Notes under the pieces: model-generated
Told to the model about the DNA's origin: nothing
Database searches by the model: none
What the model saw: only the letters and a program-made list of their open reading frames with translations
Program-made: the position numbers and the translations under genes
In this document: positions 51,873 to 64,000 of the stretch, one piece after another
How positions within the stretch are numbered: the stretch's first letter is position 1
Layout of the letters: every line of letters begins with the position of its first letter
Assembly: GCA_951406725.2 (NCBI GenBank)
Contig: OX597816.1
Coordinates: 173,414,001-173,478,000 of the forward strand
Direction: 5' to 3'
Origin: Octopus vulgaris
Taxonomy: Eukaryota
DNA: 64,000 nt

Positions 51873-52300
51873 CTAGCAGAAATACCCAGCATTGCCGTGT
51901 GACATGGAATTGAAGAATTAGACTTTTCTTTTATATTTTCTCTAATGAACCTATGATTCAAATTTCATCAAAATTGGAAATTAAGAATTTTTAATGGGGA
52001 TTTTTTCCCTCTTTACACACCCTAACAAAAATTCTAATTATGATATATTTATCCCATACTACTCATCTTTATGCCCAGATTCCAAAATCCAAATCTTATA
52101 AAACCCATTCAAAGGTTTTTGCTCCTGAAAAATGGAGCACATGCAGCACATGGAGCTCTAAAATGTGGGAGTTAAGGTCCCTATTAGGGGAGTCTTAAAG
52201 TCAACCAGACAAGTTGAATTGTTGGGAATCTTTTTTTAACTTGTGTCTTATATCTATTGTTCAAATTTCTTTCAAAGTGGAATTATATGAATGTTCACTG
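51873..52300 (-). mobile_element. old Helitron 3' fragment
   Basis: a|CTAGcagaaatacccagcattgcc terminus. Confidence 0.5.
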
Positions 52301-52816
52301 GGTTTGTAAAAGAGAGCTAAGCTAGAGGAAACCAAAACAGTCAGCTACCCTACCCTAGTCATTACCACTCCCCAATGTAGGATTCCTCACCATCCAGGTG
52401 ACAGGCACAGCCGTAAGATTACGAATCTATAGCAATTGGAAGTGTGTGACCCAACTGAAATAAACATTAACAACTGTGTGACATGAGGACTAAGGAGAAA
52501 TGAAAGTGTCACCTCTGGTGTTTGCCAATGATCACTATGCTGATAGATAACTGAACAGAAAAAATTTGCAATCTGTAAATCTCTTTGAATAACCAGTCAC
52601 TCATCTGGGAAGGCCTTGAAATCAATGTTACCATCTGGGGACTATCTCTGACCCAGTGATAATAAAAAGACTCAAAGGAGGTCTGCAACCAAATAACTTT
52701 ACTGAAAATAACACTTTGCAACCAAATCAGTGGAGGCAAAGATGCCTCTCCTTTACTTGACAATTTATGCACCACATTGCAGCAATCACAATTTATATAT
52801 ATCTCAAAGTATAAGA

Positions 52817-53995
52817 GATCATGGAATGCTATGTCACAAACTGCGTGATCTTGGCATAGTTGGAAAATTAGGAGAGTGGCTTCATGACTTTCTGAAGGAT
52901 AGAAGTCAGGTGGTAGTAGCCAGTGGGGCCACTTCCACTAACATGCAAATAGTGAGCGGTGTTCCGCAGGGCACTGTTTTGGGACCACTACTGTTCATAA
53001 TGGCCCTCTCAGATATGCCCTCAGCCATGCAGAGAGCCACGATCACAAGTTATGCAGATGATACAAAAGTTTCACAGGCAATACAGAACCCTGATGACAC
53101 TATGCACCTGCAATGTGAGCTGGACAAAATATACAAGTGGGCTGAAAAGAATAGCATGCAGTTCAATGCTGAAAAGTTTCAAGCTTTATGCTATCAGCAT
53201 GCAAAACTAAATGCAATACCCAATAAATACACTGGACCTGGAGGGATTGCAATCCCAGAGGCGCAATCAGTGCGAGACCTGGGTATTTACATGAGTGACG
53301 ATACAACCTTTCATGTGCATGTTGCTAAATTGGCAGTGAAATGTAGGCGGCTGACCAGATGGATTCTTAGAGCTTTTAGAACAAGTGACCAGGAAACCAT
53401 GATGGTCCTCTGGAGGACAATTGTCCTAAGCCACTTTGACTATTGCTCTCAACTATGGTCACCATCCAGTTTCAAGTTAATCACAGAACTTGAGGCAATC
53501 CAACGAAGCTACATGAAGAAGATAGCCTCTGTGCAGCATATAAGCTATTGGGAAAGACTCAAGAGATTGAGACTCTATTCCTTAGAGCATAGGCGAGAAA
53601 GATATACCATAATATACATCTGGAAGATCCTAGAAAGACTTGTCCCAAACTTTGGCATCGAGAGTTACACAAATGCCAGAACTGGGCGCCACTGCATAGT
53701 GCCAAGGACTCCAAATTTGCCATCAAGATGTTGGACAAGATACTGTGATAGCCTGGGCTTCCGAGGCCCACAGCTCTTCAATATCCTCCCAAAGAACCTA
53801 AGAGACCTGCATGGGGTGGATGCAGATGTCTTTAAAATGAAACTGGATCTCTTCTTGTCAGGTATCCCAGATGAACCAACTTCATGGCAGGAGGTGCAGA
53901 TGAGGGCAGCTGCATCGAACTCTCTCATGCACCAAATGGCGGTGCCCCAGCATGGCCACAGCTAGTGAGCTGAAACTAGATAAATAAATAAAAAG
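52817..53995 (+). mobile_element. 5'-truncated CR1/L2-group LINE with an open RT frame
   Basis: SGVPQGTVLGPLLF..YADDTK..RDLGI..DYCSQLWSP..YWERLKRLRLYSLEHRRER; (TAAA)n tail. Confidence 0.9.
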
Positions 53996-54060
53996 ATATA
54001 TATATATATACACACATTATATATATATAAGTATGTATGTATTTATATGATATATATGTA

Positions 54061-54466
54061 TACTCTTTTTACTCTTTTACTCTTTTATTTGTTTCAGTCA
54101 TTTGACTGCGGCCATGCTAGAGCACCGCCTTTAGTCTAGCAAATCGACCCCGGGACTTATTCTTTGTAAGCCCAGTATTTATTCTATCGGTCTCTTTTGC
54201 CGAACTGCTAAGTGACGGGGACGTAAACACACACCAACATCAGTTGTCAAGCAATGCTAGGGGGACAAACACAGACACACAAACCCACACACACACACAC
54301 ACATATATATATATACATATATACGACAGGCTTCTTTCAGTTTCCGTCTACCAAATCCACTCACAAGGCATTGGTCGGCCCGGGGCTATAGTTGAAGACA
54401 CTTGCCCAAGATGCCACGCAGTGGGACTGAACCCGGAACCATGTGGTTGGTTAGCAAGCCACTCCT
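54061..54466 (-). mobile_element. SINE family B
   Basis: match to family B. Confidence 0.85.
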
Positions 54467-55087
54467 ATATATATTTTAGAAACAATGTTGTAGCCCATGA
54501 CATGATAAGCCTTCTAACAATGACTGTCACGAGAAGCCTCTTTTTTTGATTTGTATGTTGATGTTTGGTCAGGAATTGAACTCCCAAGGGTAGAAGTGAA
54601 AGTGTGTTGACAGGATCATGATTATAGTCAGTGGGTAAATAAAGTTTTCTTTATCAGTGAAACGGTTTTTTTTGGATGCAGCACAGAATGCTTGTTTGTA
54701 TGGCTGCTCCACTTTGCTGGACATGTGAATAGTACTCTATAGTGCAACACACTTGTACTGCTTCTTATATGGCAAACAATGTCTTCACAGCAGAGATAAA
54801 TTTTGGCTCTGATATAAAAGCCCATTTATTATGCAGTCTTGGCCATTTTATAGATGTGTGGTCACTATAAACCACCATGAATAATTGTGAGGCCAAGCAT
54901 ATACAAAGAGTGCAAAAGTTTTAGAAGTGTTATCTTTTGTTCCTTTAGTCTTTGAAGGAAAACCTTGTTCGACATCTTAATTCACTGCCCATGAAACTCA
55001 AACCTATTTAATTTGATATTCATTTCATAGCTATGTCAGTATAATTTCTTGATAGGCATAATGACTATGTTTTAGTGTTGTTGAATG

Positions 55088-55250
55088 ACATCATCATCAT
55101 CATCATTGTTCGACCGTGGTCGAGACAATGGAATTTACCATGCTACGCTAGACTTCATGGTCCATCATGGCATTACGAATGTCCTGTTGCTGGATGCCTG
55201 TATCCCTGGAGATTACATCAGGGTAGGAGAGTGGGTGTTTGTTTGGTGTT
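55088..55250 (-). mobile_element. RTE/RTEX-type LINE extreme 3' end
   Basis: LSYPDVISRDTGIQQQDIRNAMMDHEV followed by a (GAT)n tail. Confidence 0.55.
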
Positions 55251-56025
55251 GTTTGGTTGGGAGCTGACTCTTCTCCATCAGGTGATACCCGTCTGTTAAG
55301 ATTGAGGGCATCACCGTCAATGGATGCCCTTGGAGGTGCAACGTGATCAGAGACAGGACCCGGCAAAGCAGGGGCTGGACCTACATCCGCAGGTATACCA
55401 TTAGGTCTGGTTCCCTGGCAAATTGGTCTCAGTGTCACTATTCACAGACATATCTAATGGGAAGTGCCCAAGTTTACACGTGGATGATATTAGTGTGTGA
55501 TTTAAAGGTGAAAGAAGCTATGAAGGAGTGTATTCAACAATAGTTTAACCTTGATTGAGAAAATCTGGTCAAAAACACTTCAGTCATTCCTATCCTATCC
55601 TATATTTTATAACAGGCACTGCATTGTCCAACATATCCTTCTTTCAGGGGGTTGAACAGAATTTGAGAATTTGGGCTTTTTGTAATTTTGTTTGTACTAT
55701 GATATAGAGGCTCTTTTGTTGACTGGTTGGATGTGTATGTATGAAGTAAGAGTGAGAAGGCCATCATTGTAGAGAAAAGAAAGTGTGGGAGGCATAAATG
55801 AATTTAGTTTGCAGTTAATTATTCATCAATTTAGTTTGTACCACAATTTGTAAACAATAGTGGTTTTTGGTTCTAGATGTCCAATGTTCTCAAGATTTCC
55901 GATTGTCAGAGTGACAAAGAAGTGTCTAACTCAATAAAACAATTATCTCAAAGGACTTCATTCATGAAGTCTTTCTGTTTTGCCTTTCTCACTGACTCAT
56001 CTTGCACTGTTACACTGATATATAT

Positions 56026-56252
56026 GGCGGCGAGCTGGCAGAAACGTTAGCACGCCGGGCGAAATGCGTAGCCGTATTTTGTCTGTCGTTACGTTCTGAG
56101 TTCAAATTCCGCCGAGGTCGACTTTGCCTTTCATCCTTTCGGGGTTGATAAATTAAGTACCAGTTTCGCACTGGGATCAATGTAATCGACTTAATCCCTT
56201 TGTTCTTGTTTGTCCCCTCTATGTTTAGTCCCTTGTGGGCAGTAAAGAAATA
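56026..56252 (+). mobile_element. SINE family A
   Basis: full-length match. Confidence 0.85.
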
Positions 56253-56781
56253 TATATTTGCAAAGAATATGCACAAGCACCACACACACATACACACACA
56301 CACACACATACACAGATGTACATATATGTATGCACTTAGAGGGTTTCTGTACAGTTTCTGCCATGCAAATTACACTCACAAAGTATTAGTTACCCATCAA
56401 AGCTATAATATAGGACACTTGCTCAAGATGCTTACTATGCAGCAGGATCAGACTCAAACCTTCATGTTGGAAAGGAAATCCCTTAAATTCCTAGCCATGC
56501 CTAAATTCATGTTGGTAACATAGTTTTTTTTCTCGTGTGTGTACGTGCACGTGTGTCTTTCAAGATGAGGTTTGTACAGCAAGAGTGTATATGTGCATAT
56601 GACAGTAAATGCATGTTTCCAAATATCTACATATGTGCATGTGTTTGTGTATATACAACAATAATATTAAGGAATGGCCTTGATAGGTCATTCGACTCAC
56701 TAAAACGAGCAGCCAAACTCAAACCGCTAAATAGTAGTAATTCAGAAATCAAAGGAAAATTAAAAACATTTACCCTTATCA

Positions 56782-56889
56782 TCTTTGGACTATGCATAGT
56801 TTCGACGTACATTTTGGCAAACCAGCTTAATTAAATTAAATTAAATTTAATCAAGTCAATTTACCACTGGCCCGTCTCATCGGCAAAGA
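56782..56889 (-). ncRNA. type I hammerhead ribozyme with extended stem II
   Basis: minus strand UCUUUG-CCGAUGA-GACG..CGUC-GAAA-CUAUGCAUAG-UC-CAAAGA: perfect 6-bp stem I, 4-bp stem II base plus 10- and 12-bp extensions, palindromic stem III, GUC triplet; U4C core variant. Confidence 0.8.
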
Positions 56890-57404
56890 AGCCAGGGGGA
56901 ATATATATTCCACGAGGCAACAGCATCGATGCCTTGGGAATATACATTATATAGTCTGTTGACTAATGTTTGTGTATATATGTATAGACCCATTCACTCA
57001 ATCATGTACACTGATGAACCAGACATAGACTCGATGTGTAGTCAGTTGACCAACTGAAAATAGCAGCCAATTCTCCCTCAAACCACTCACTGCCATCTTA
57101 TATACAGACGTGTATACTGGACAATGTAGTCTCTGATATAAAAAATGATGGAACAATCATAACCTTTGATTTTAAGTCTGTTCAGTTAGGGTTGATCTGG
57201 TGCTAAAACTACAATTTACATAAAGTCAGTGATATAATTTAGTGTTGATGTTCAAACAAGAACAGGTTTTCATCATAAACATATATTCTTTTACATTATT
57301 TGCTTGTGTATTTGAACACATATATAAACATGCACACGCATAATACTTCACTTAAAAGTGAAGCACTTCAGTCAGTTTAAAATTATAACATACATGCATA
57401 CATA

Positions 57405-57960
57405 CATGGTGGCTGTCCCCTCGTTATCGAGTATGGCCATTGCACGAAGCTTAATCAATGTTGTTATCGTGCAATGCCTGTGCAAGAAGATTTTTTTTAA
57501 AGTGAAGAAAGGCTGTGCACTGAGTCAATCCCACTCACTAAGCAACAACAGCCATAATCCAAAAAGAAGAACAAGTCAACATCATCGGTAACCACTGAGC
57601 CGCAGGTTTTATATCGGAGTTATCCCAGTTACCTGAGTTACCTTCTCCTAGAAGGATGCCCTAACAAAGGCTAGGAGTCCTTCACTCCCAATGGTTTAAC
57701 CGCGCAATCGGGTATTCAGTCCGATTATTTCTATGTCCCCGCGCATGATACTGCCTTAAGGCATTTATTGGATGGCCATTGACTCTCAAGAGTTCCTCCG
57801 CCCTTTGACGGGTTTTGTTTTTCATCCTGCAGGGTGACCAATAAACACCCTCCTCACTAAGCGAGCTTGGTGGGGTTGCCGGTTTAGTCACCGACGACCC
57901 GACCATGCAACAGGTAGTTCTGGGTTACATGTTACCAGTAGCACTCAAAAGTGACCTGAC
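57405..57960 (-). mobile_element. non-coding retroposon in (CATA)n, possibly derived from an RTE 5' UTR
   Basis: CpG-rich block between (CATA)n tracts; family assignment uncertain. Confidence 0.35.
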
Positions 57961-58014
57961 ATACACATACACATACATTCATACATACATACATACATAC
58001 ATACATACATACAT

Positions 58015-58071
<57 letters not shown>

Positions 58072-58564
58072 TACATACATACATACATACATACATACAT
58101 ACATACATACATACATACATACATACATACATACATACATAAGTGTGTATGTGTGTAACAATGGACAACTTAGGATAACTATGAATAACTTAAGATTACT
58201 ATGGACGTCTGTTTTGAAAAGGATAACTATGGATAACTACTTTAAAACCAACATCCTATATTATCTAGATTATAAATTCACATTTATACCACTTCACTTT
58301 GTGAGTAAATGCTAAAGTGACAGTGTGGGTTAGCTAGGGTTTTCAGAAAAAGAAATCAAGCAACTAACTTGCACATTACAAATACAATCTGTAAGTGGAA
58401 CAGTAGAAATATTCAAGACTTTTCTCAAGTTCAAAGTATGACATTGTTTCATAATCTACATTCTAACACTAGAACTTTATATCTCTGTTAGAAACCAGCT
58501 CCTTCCTTAGAAGATGAATTTATATAAATGTAAAGAGAATAGGGCATCCACATGCATACATACA

Positions 58565-58789
58565 TATTTCTTTACTACCCACAAGGGGCTAAACACAGCT
58601 AAACAAGGATAGACAAACGGATTAAGTCGATTATATCGACGCCAGTGCGTAACTGGTACTTAATTTATTGACCCCGAAAGGATGAAAGGCAAAGTCGACC
58701 TTGGCGGAATTTGAACTCAGAACGTAACGGCAGACGAAATACGGCTATGCATTTCGCCCGGCGTGCTAACGTTTCTGCCAGCTCGCCGC
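58565..58789 (-). mobile_element. SINE family A
   Basis: full-length reverse complement. Confidence 0.85.
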
Positions 58790-59325
58790 TGTCATACATA
58801 CAAACCTACATACCTACATACATCACACACTTGAAGTGATAAGTCACGTAGTTGACATGAGAGTCTATTGAAAATATGATGAATGCTATCTCCAGCTTTG
58901 AAGCCAAACTATCAGCTTTGTTAAATAACTGGCTAATCTTCTTTAGAAAATTAACTGGGGGAACCTTTTATACAAGATCATAATGATTTTTCAACTGAAA
59001 CTTGAACTGGCTGGACGCAACAACCACAACACAACTCAGAAACAGAATGAAAACAGCAGCTCAGCATGTAAACAGATTATTTCTAGCCATAGCTATAAGA
59101 AGAAACTGTAACAACAAAACACATTTTCATTGTAGCTATGAATTGAATGCTGATTTATTTAACTGTTATAAAAGAGCAAAGCAAAACACCACTATTGGAA
59201 TATGAACAGATTGAAATCATACTGAGACAGTCTGCACCCAGGACTACATCATTTTACTGCAAAACAATTACACCAACAACATTTGTGGAACTTAGGAAGA
59301 AAGTTGGTGAATGTAACTTCATTAA

Positions 59326-59512
59326 TCATTTAGTGTTCGCATTATTCTGACAAAATTAATCCTTTTTTATCCACATTGTCTTGAATTAATCATGCATTAT
59401 CTTGTAGCTATGAGATTTTGATGAGGTGGCTGTTAATTTTTAAAACAATATTGTAGGGTTGGTGTGAGAGACCAGATCTGGCCAGTTTAAGCATAGTTTA
59501 AATGCTAAAGGG
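59326..59512. mobile_element. old piggyBac-type MITE
   Basis: TTAA|tcatttagtgtt ... aatgctaaaggg|TTAA. Confidence 0.55.
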
Positions 59513-59749
59513 TTAAATAAAGATCTGAAATTAACTTTCTCCCAAACAATATAAACAAAAACATGGACAATGTTGGAACACCATGTGGCTTTGCAGTTAG
59601 TTACATTCCAACATATCTTATACTTACTGCCTGCCAGTCAAACTACATTGTAGGCTAAAATAACAAACCACTGTCCCTTTACTACGACTATGGTAAATAG
59701 CAAGCACAACTGTAACGATTATTGTAGTAGTAGTAGTAGTAGTAGTAGT

Positions 59750-60077
59750 CAAAAACTCAGTGGTTAGAGCGTCGAGCTTACGATCGTGAGGTTGTGAGCT
59801 CGAATCCCGGACCGGGCTGTGTGATGTGTTTTTGAGCAAGATACTTTATTTCACGTTGCTCCAGTTCACTCAGCTGTAGAAAAGAGTTGCGACGTCACAG
59901 GTGCCAAGCTGTACCGGCCTTTGTCTTTTCCTTGGATAACACTGGTGGCGTGGAGAGGGGAGGCTGGTATGCATGGGTGACTGCTGGTCTTCCATAAACA
60001 ACCTCGCCCGGACTTGTCTAGGAGGGTAACTTTCTAGGTGCAATCCCATGGTCTGTGTCGTGACCGAAGGGGGTCTC
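59750..60077 (+). mobile_element. tRNA-derived SINE family D
   Basis: ctcagtggttagagcg..gagctcgaatccc boxes; flanked by (GTA)n-gtca. Confidence 0.75.
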
Positions 60078-61333
60078 CGAGTAGTAGTCAGGGTTATATA
60101 GCAGTGAAGTATGCCCTTACTAAAATGTTTCAAGAAAAATTAACTTTGGCTTTGAAGCTCTCTACCAAAGTAACCAAAAGACCATTAGATGGAATTAAAC
60201 GTTAATGAAATTAGAGAGGAGTATTTAAAACAGTGTAATGAACCCTCATTCTTTGCAGATTAACACCTGCAAAGCTGTATGTGAGTGAAGTTCAAGAAGT
60301 AAACAAAACTGGAACAATGAAGAAAGTGTCATCAGAGAAAAAGATAGCTGATTTATGGGAGATCATCAGCCGTGTGTCGATGCTTATTTGTGTGCAAACA
60401 AGCAAATCACTACAGGTCTCACCAACAAGAAGTAAAGAAGGAGATAGAAGTGATGTTTGGAGATAGCAAAAAAAGAACGCTCACTTGCAAACTGGTCATC
60501 CTCAAGCAGGAGCTAAAAGCTGTCAGTGAGAGATTCTGACACCGGAAGAGAATAACCAGGAGAAAAACAATAAACAAAAAATTTAACCAGAACCAGACAA
60601 CAGTGTACAGAGACATGAAAGGAGAAGCAGTGAACATCACAGAAGTCCTTCATGAAAAGACAAAGACTACTTCTGGGGGAAAATTTGGAGTGAAGAGATG
60701 GAATTTAACCAAGATGCTCTGTGACTGGAAGAAAATCGAAGTTATTGTCCCTACATTACACCTAAAACATACAGCATTGATGGTGGTACCCTTATGACTG
60801 TAATCCAGAAACTTCAGGATGGAAATGCACCTGGAAGAGACTTCATTGTTGGATACTGGTACAAAAAGCTTACCTTCTACCAGCCATACATCATCACAGT
60901 ATTATCTACTGATGAGGCATGATGTTATAGCTAAGACACTGTATAACGAAATCTGTTGAAAGGTCAACCCTGAGACCCAAAGAAATAAGAAGCCATAGTC
61001 ATTCATAATGAAAAAAGGTACTGGTAGAATGTCTCAGTGCAAACCTCAATAAGATATAAACATCACAGACCTGATGCAGTGATTTGGGATACGAAAGAGA
61101 AACTATGTACTGTTGTGAGAATCAGCTGCCCTGCAGATGTTAACATAATAATCAGTGGAAAAGAAAATACCTTCTCTGAATTATTGAGAAATCTACAGTT
61201 ACTTTATCCAAATTACAATTTCAGGTTTATATGTGTAATTATTGGGGAACTGGTATATGTAACTGCTATACTGTTGATCCTTGGCCTCTTGTATGTTGTC
61301 ATCTGCACTATAATATTCTTGTTGCCACTATTA

Positions 61334-62887
61334 TGTTGTGGCAGTATTCTGCATTTCTTGTGCTATCACTGATAGCTCCACGAGACAATGACTTTGAAAA
61401 GTCTACCTCGACAGTAACTTGAACTCGTATAAATCACGTAACTGACACTGACTCCAACTGAGAACTCGTACAATGACTCTACTGCAACTGACCTCCTAAC
61501 AACTGACTGTCTGACTTTATAGTGGCTCTTTCATACCACTTTGTCACATGGGAAGGAGTGTTCCATTTTCACTACAACATTTCCCCTTTTAGTTTTTTCT
61601 TTTCTTTGAGAAGCAAGTCATTCTATTTTACTTTATTCACCCCTCCTCCCATTTTAGTGGGTTTTTTTCCAATTTAATATTTTTTCTGTTTGGTGTCTAT
61701 TTGTAGGAACTCCGTGTTCTTCCTTTTTCTTCCTCTTGTACACGTCGGTTCAATCCTCTATAATGGTGTTGGTAACTGGAATGTGTCATACAGCCATTCC
61801 ATAGATTCTTCCAATATGCCTGGTACATTTTCTATGAATCTCTTCTTCAATTGGTTTCTGTGTCTTTTTCCAATACCTTTTCTGCTTTTAATTGCGTACA
61901 TCATTTTCCCTATGTACTTAGTAATTTTTCCTTCTTCCCAGTATTGTTTTCTGTTTTTATACGACCCATGTACACCTTATCACCAATTTTGAAAAATTTC
62001 GGATTGTCTTTCCTGGTACTTTTTCTTTCCTCACCAGGTAATCAAAAACTGATTTCACCTTCCTCGTGATCATTAGTTCTGCTGGTGAGCTTCCTGCTGG
62101 TGTATTGAGCTTCAGTATCACCCTGTATACCCTTAGGTATTGCTGCAGAGTGACTTCATCTGTGGCTTCATTGTTTACTTTTATCAAAGTTCTTTTGGAA
62201 GTATCCACAAAACACTCTGCCTGTCCATTTGATCTGGGATGGTACAGTGCTATCACTTTATGTTCTACTGTGAGCATTTCGCAGAATTTTCTAAATTCAC
62301 TGGACACAAATTGTGTTCCATTATCAGATACAATCACATCTGCGATGCCAAATCTTGCAAATATTTTGTCCAAAAGATTTATTACAATTGAGGCAGTTGG
62401 TCTTTTGCACTTAACAATTTCCAGCCATTTTGTAAAACTGTCAACTACTACTACTAAGTAGTAATAACCATTTAACAGACCTGCAAAATCAATGTGTAGT
62501 CTTATCCATGGACTTTTCACTTCTGGCCCACAGCTCCCTTTTTTGAGTAGGCAATTTCACTGCCAGAGCACATCTTCTGCAGCCTTTTACTATGTTTTCA
62601 ACTTCCTTGTCCATCTTCAGCTAATACACATAACTGCGCATAAGTGCTTTCATCTTTGCGATCCCCAAATGTCCAATACTCTTTACTCTTTTACTTGTTT
62701 CAGTCATTTGACTGTGGCCATGCTGGAGCACCGCCTTTAATCGAGCAACTCGACCCCGGGACTTATTCTTTTGTAAGCCCAGTACTTATTATATCAATCT
62801 CTTTTGCCGAACCACTAAGTAACGGGGACATAAACACACCAGCATTGGTTGTCAAGCAATGCTAGGGGGACAAACACAGACACACAA

Positions 62888-62942
<55 letters not shown>

Positions 62943-63680
62943 TACGACAGGCTTCTTTCAGTTTCCGTCTACCAAATCCACTCACAAGGCATTGGTCGGC
63001 CCGGGGCTATAGCAGAAGACACTTGCCCAAGATGCCACGCAGTGGGACTGAACCCGGAACCATGTGGTTGGTTTGCAAGCTACTTACCACGCAGACACTC
63101 CTGCGCCTATATGGAATTCTTTCAACATTCTTTTTTTGTAGAGTCTCAGGTACCACTACCCTTTGGCCATACATCAGTACTCCATTGCATGTTGAATATA
63201 TGTTTACCTGTCGCTGTTTTTCTTACTGAACTTTTTTTATATTCTCTTTCACTAACCACAGAGTTTTCTTTGTTTCATTAATGAACTTGTCTTTTTATGT
63301 GTGTCACTTTATGTCCACCAGAGTTATTGGTAACTCTCGTTCAATGTTCCACATTATGTATTTAATTTTCCCTACAGCTCTAAAGGCTGTTATTATTGTG
63401 TTCTTGAATGGTTTGCTATTTCTGGGTATTAACCTAGATAGGCTGTCAGCATGTCCTAGCTTCTTCGAAGGTAAATATTCCATTGTGTAGTTGTTGTTCA
63501 GTAGTATGGTGCTCCATCGCTGCAACCTGTTTGCTGTATGTACTGGGATTCCTTTCTTGGATCCAAAAATCATTAGCAACAGGTAATGGTCTATTTGCAG
63601 TCGAAATCATCTACCATGTATAAACCTGTGGAACATTTTAATGCTAAATATAATCGCTAATGCCTTTTTCACTGGAACTG
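61334..63680 (-). mobile_element. Gypsy (K02A2.6-like) relic: RNase H, integrase, PPT and 3' LTR (61334-61579)
   Basis: IFGSKKGIPVHTANRLQRW..HADSLSRL; PWIRLHIDFAG..VDSFTKW..VSDNGTQF..YHPRSNGQAE; PPT aaaaggggaaa abuts TGTTGTAG. Confidence 0.88.
62676..63108 (-). mobile_element. SINE family B nested in the Gypsy relic
   Basis: full-length match. Confidence 0.85.
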
Positions 63681-64000
63681 TAAAAATCTGCAAAACTTTG
63701 CAGAAATTTATCATTTAAGTATATATGAACATGTCTAGACATGCTACTATATGCATGGAATACATACATAAAGCAAAACATACAAGTCTGCACATATACA
63801 TAAATATATACAAAAATGCCCTGTACGTGTTGTTAAAATTCCAATTAAGGAGCCTTGAATCTAGGTTAGAAACTGACTCTTTCTCTATTGGCAAGAAATC
63901 TTGAAATAAAAATGAACAATGACACACATACATTCATACATACATACATACATACATACATACATACATACACACACACATGCATGCATACATACATACA

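Larger units (their letters stand above)
58950..61265 (+). mobile_element. degenerate, internally deleted R4/Dong-like LINE interrupted by a MITE and a SINE
   Basis: LNADLFNCYKRAK..IG; APGRDFIVGYWYKKL; RHDVIAK; HHRPDAVIWD..CTVVRISCPADVNI..KEN..L..LYP..VIIG (RLE domain). Confidence 0.65.

Noticed and set aside
57006-57050. Plus-strand CTGATGA near the 56.8 kb hammerhead
   Set aside because: No GAAA and no stem I complement.

Overview
Eukaryotic, AT-rich, repeat-dense genomic DNA. The SINE families, microsatellite load and element types look like an octopus/cephalopod genome (inference). The only host gene I can support is seven phase-compatible + strand coding exons (1418-36175) of a TPR protein most similar to TTC16; its 5' exons lie upstream and its last exon is unresolved. 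The rest is transposable elements: several tRNA-derived SINE families, RTE, CR1-like, R4/Dong, CRE and L1/Tx1 LINE fragments, two Gypsy relics, two mariners, Helitrons, hAT/piggyBac MITEs and a Penelope-like element (PLE). The most notable unannotated signal is a set of type I hammerhead ribozyme motifs. Two are well formed with very long stem II insertions (2752-2843 and 56782-56889), others are minimal or degenerate, and one pair sits in the inverted pLTRs of the PLE. Every well-formed motif is antisense to the host gene. The PLE's GIY-YIG nuclease is also split by an in-frame Asn/Ser/Thr-rich linker of about 195 aa. All structures were read by eye; nothing was computed or searched.
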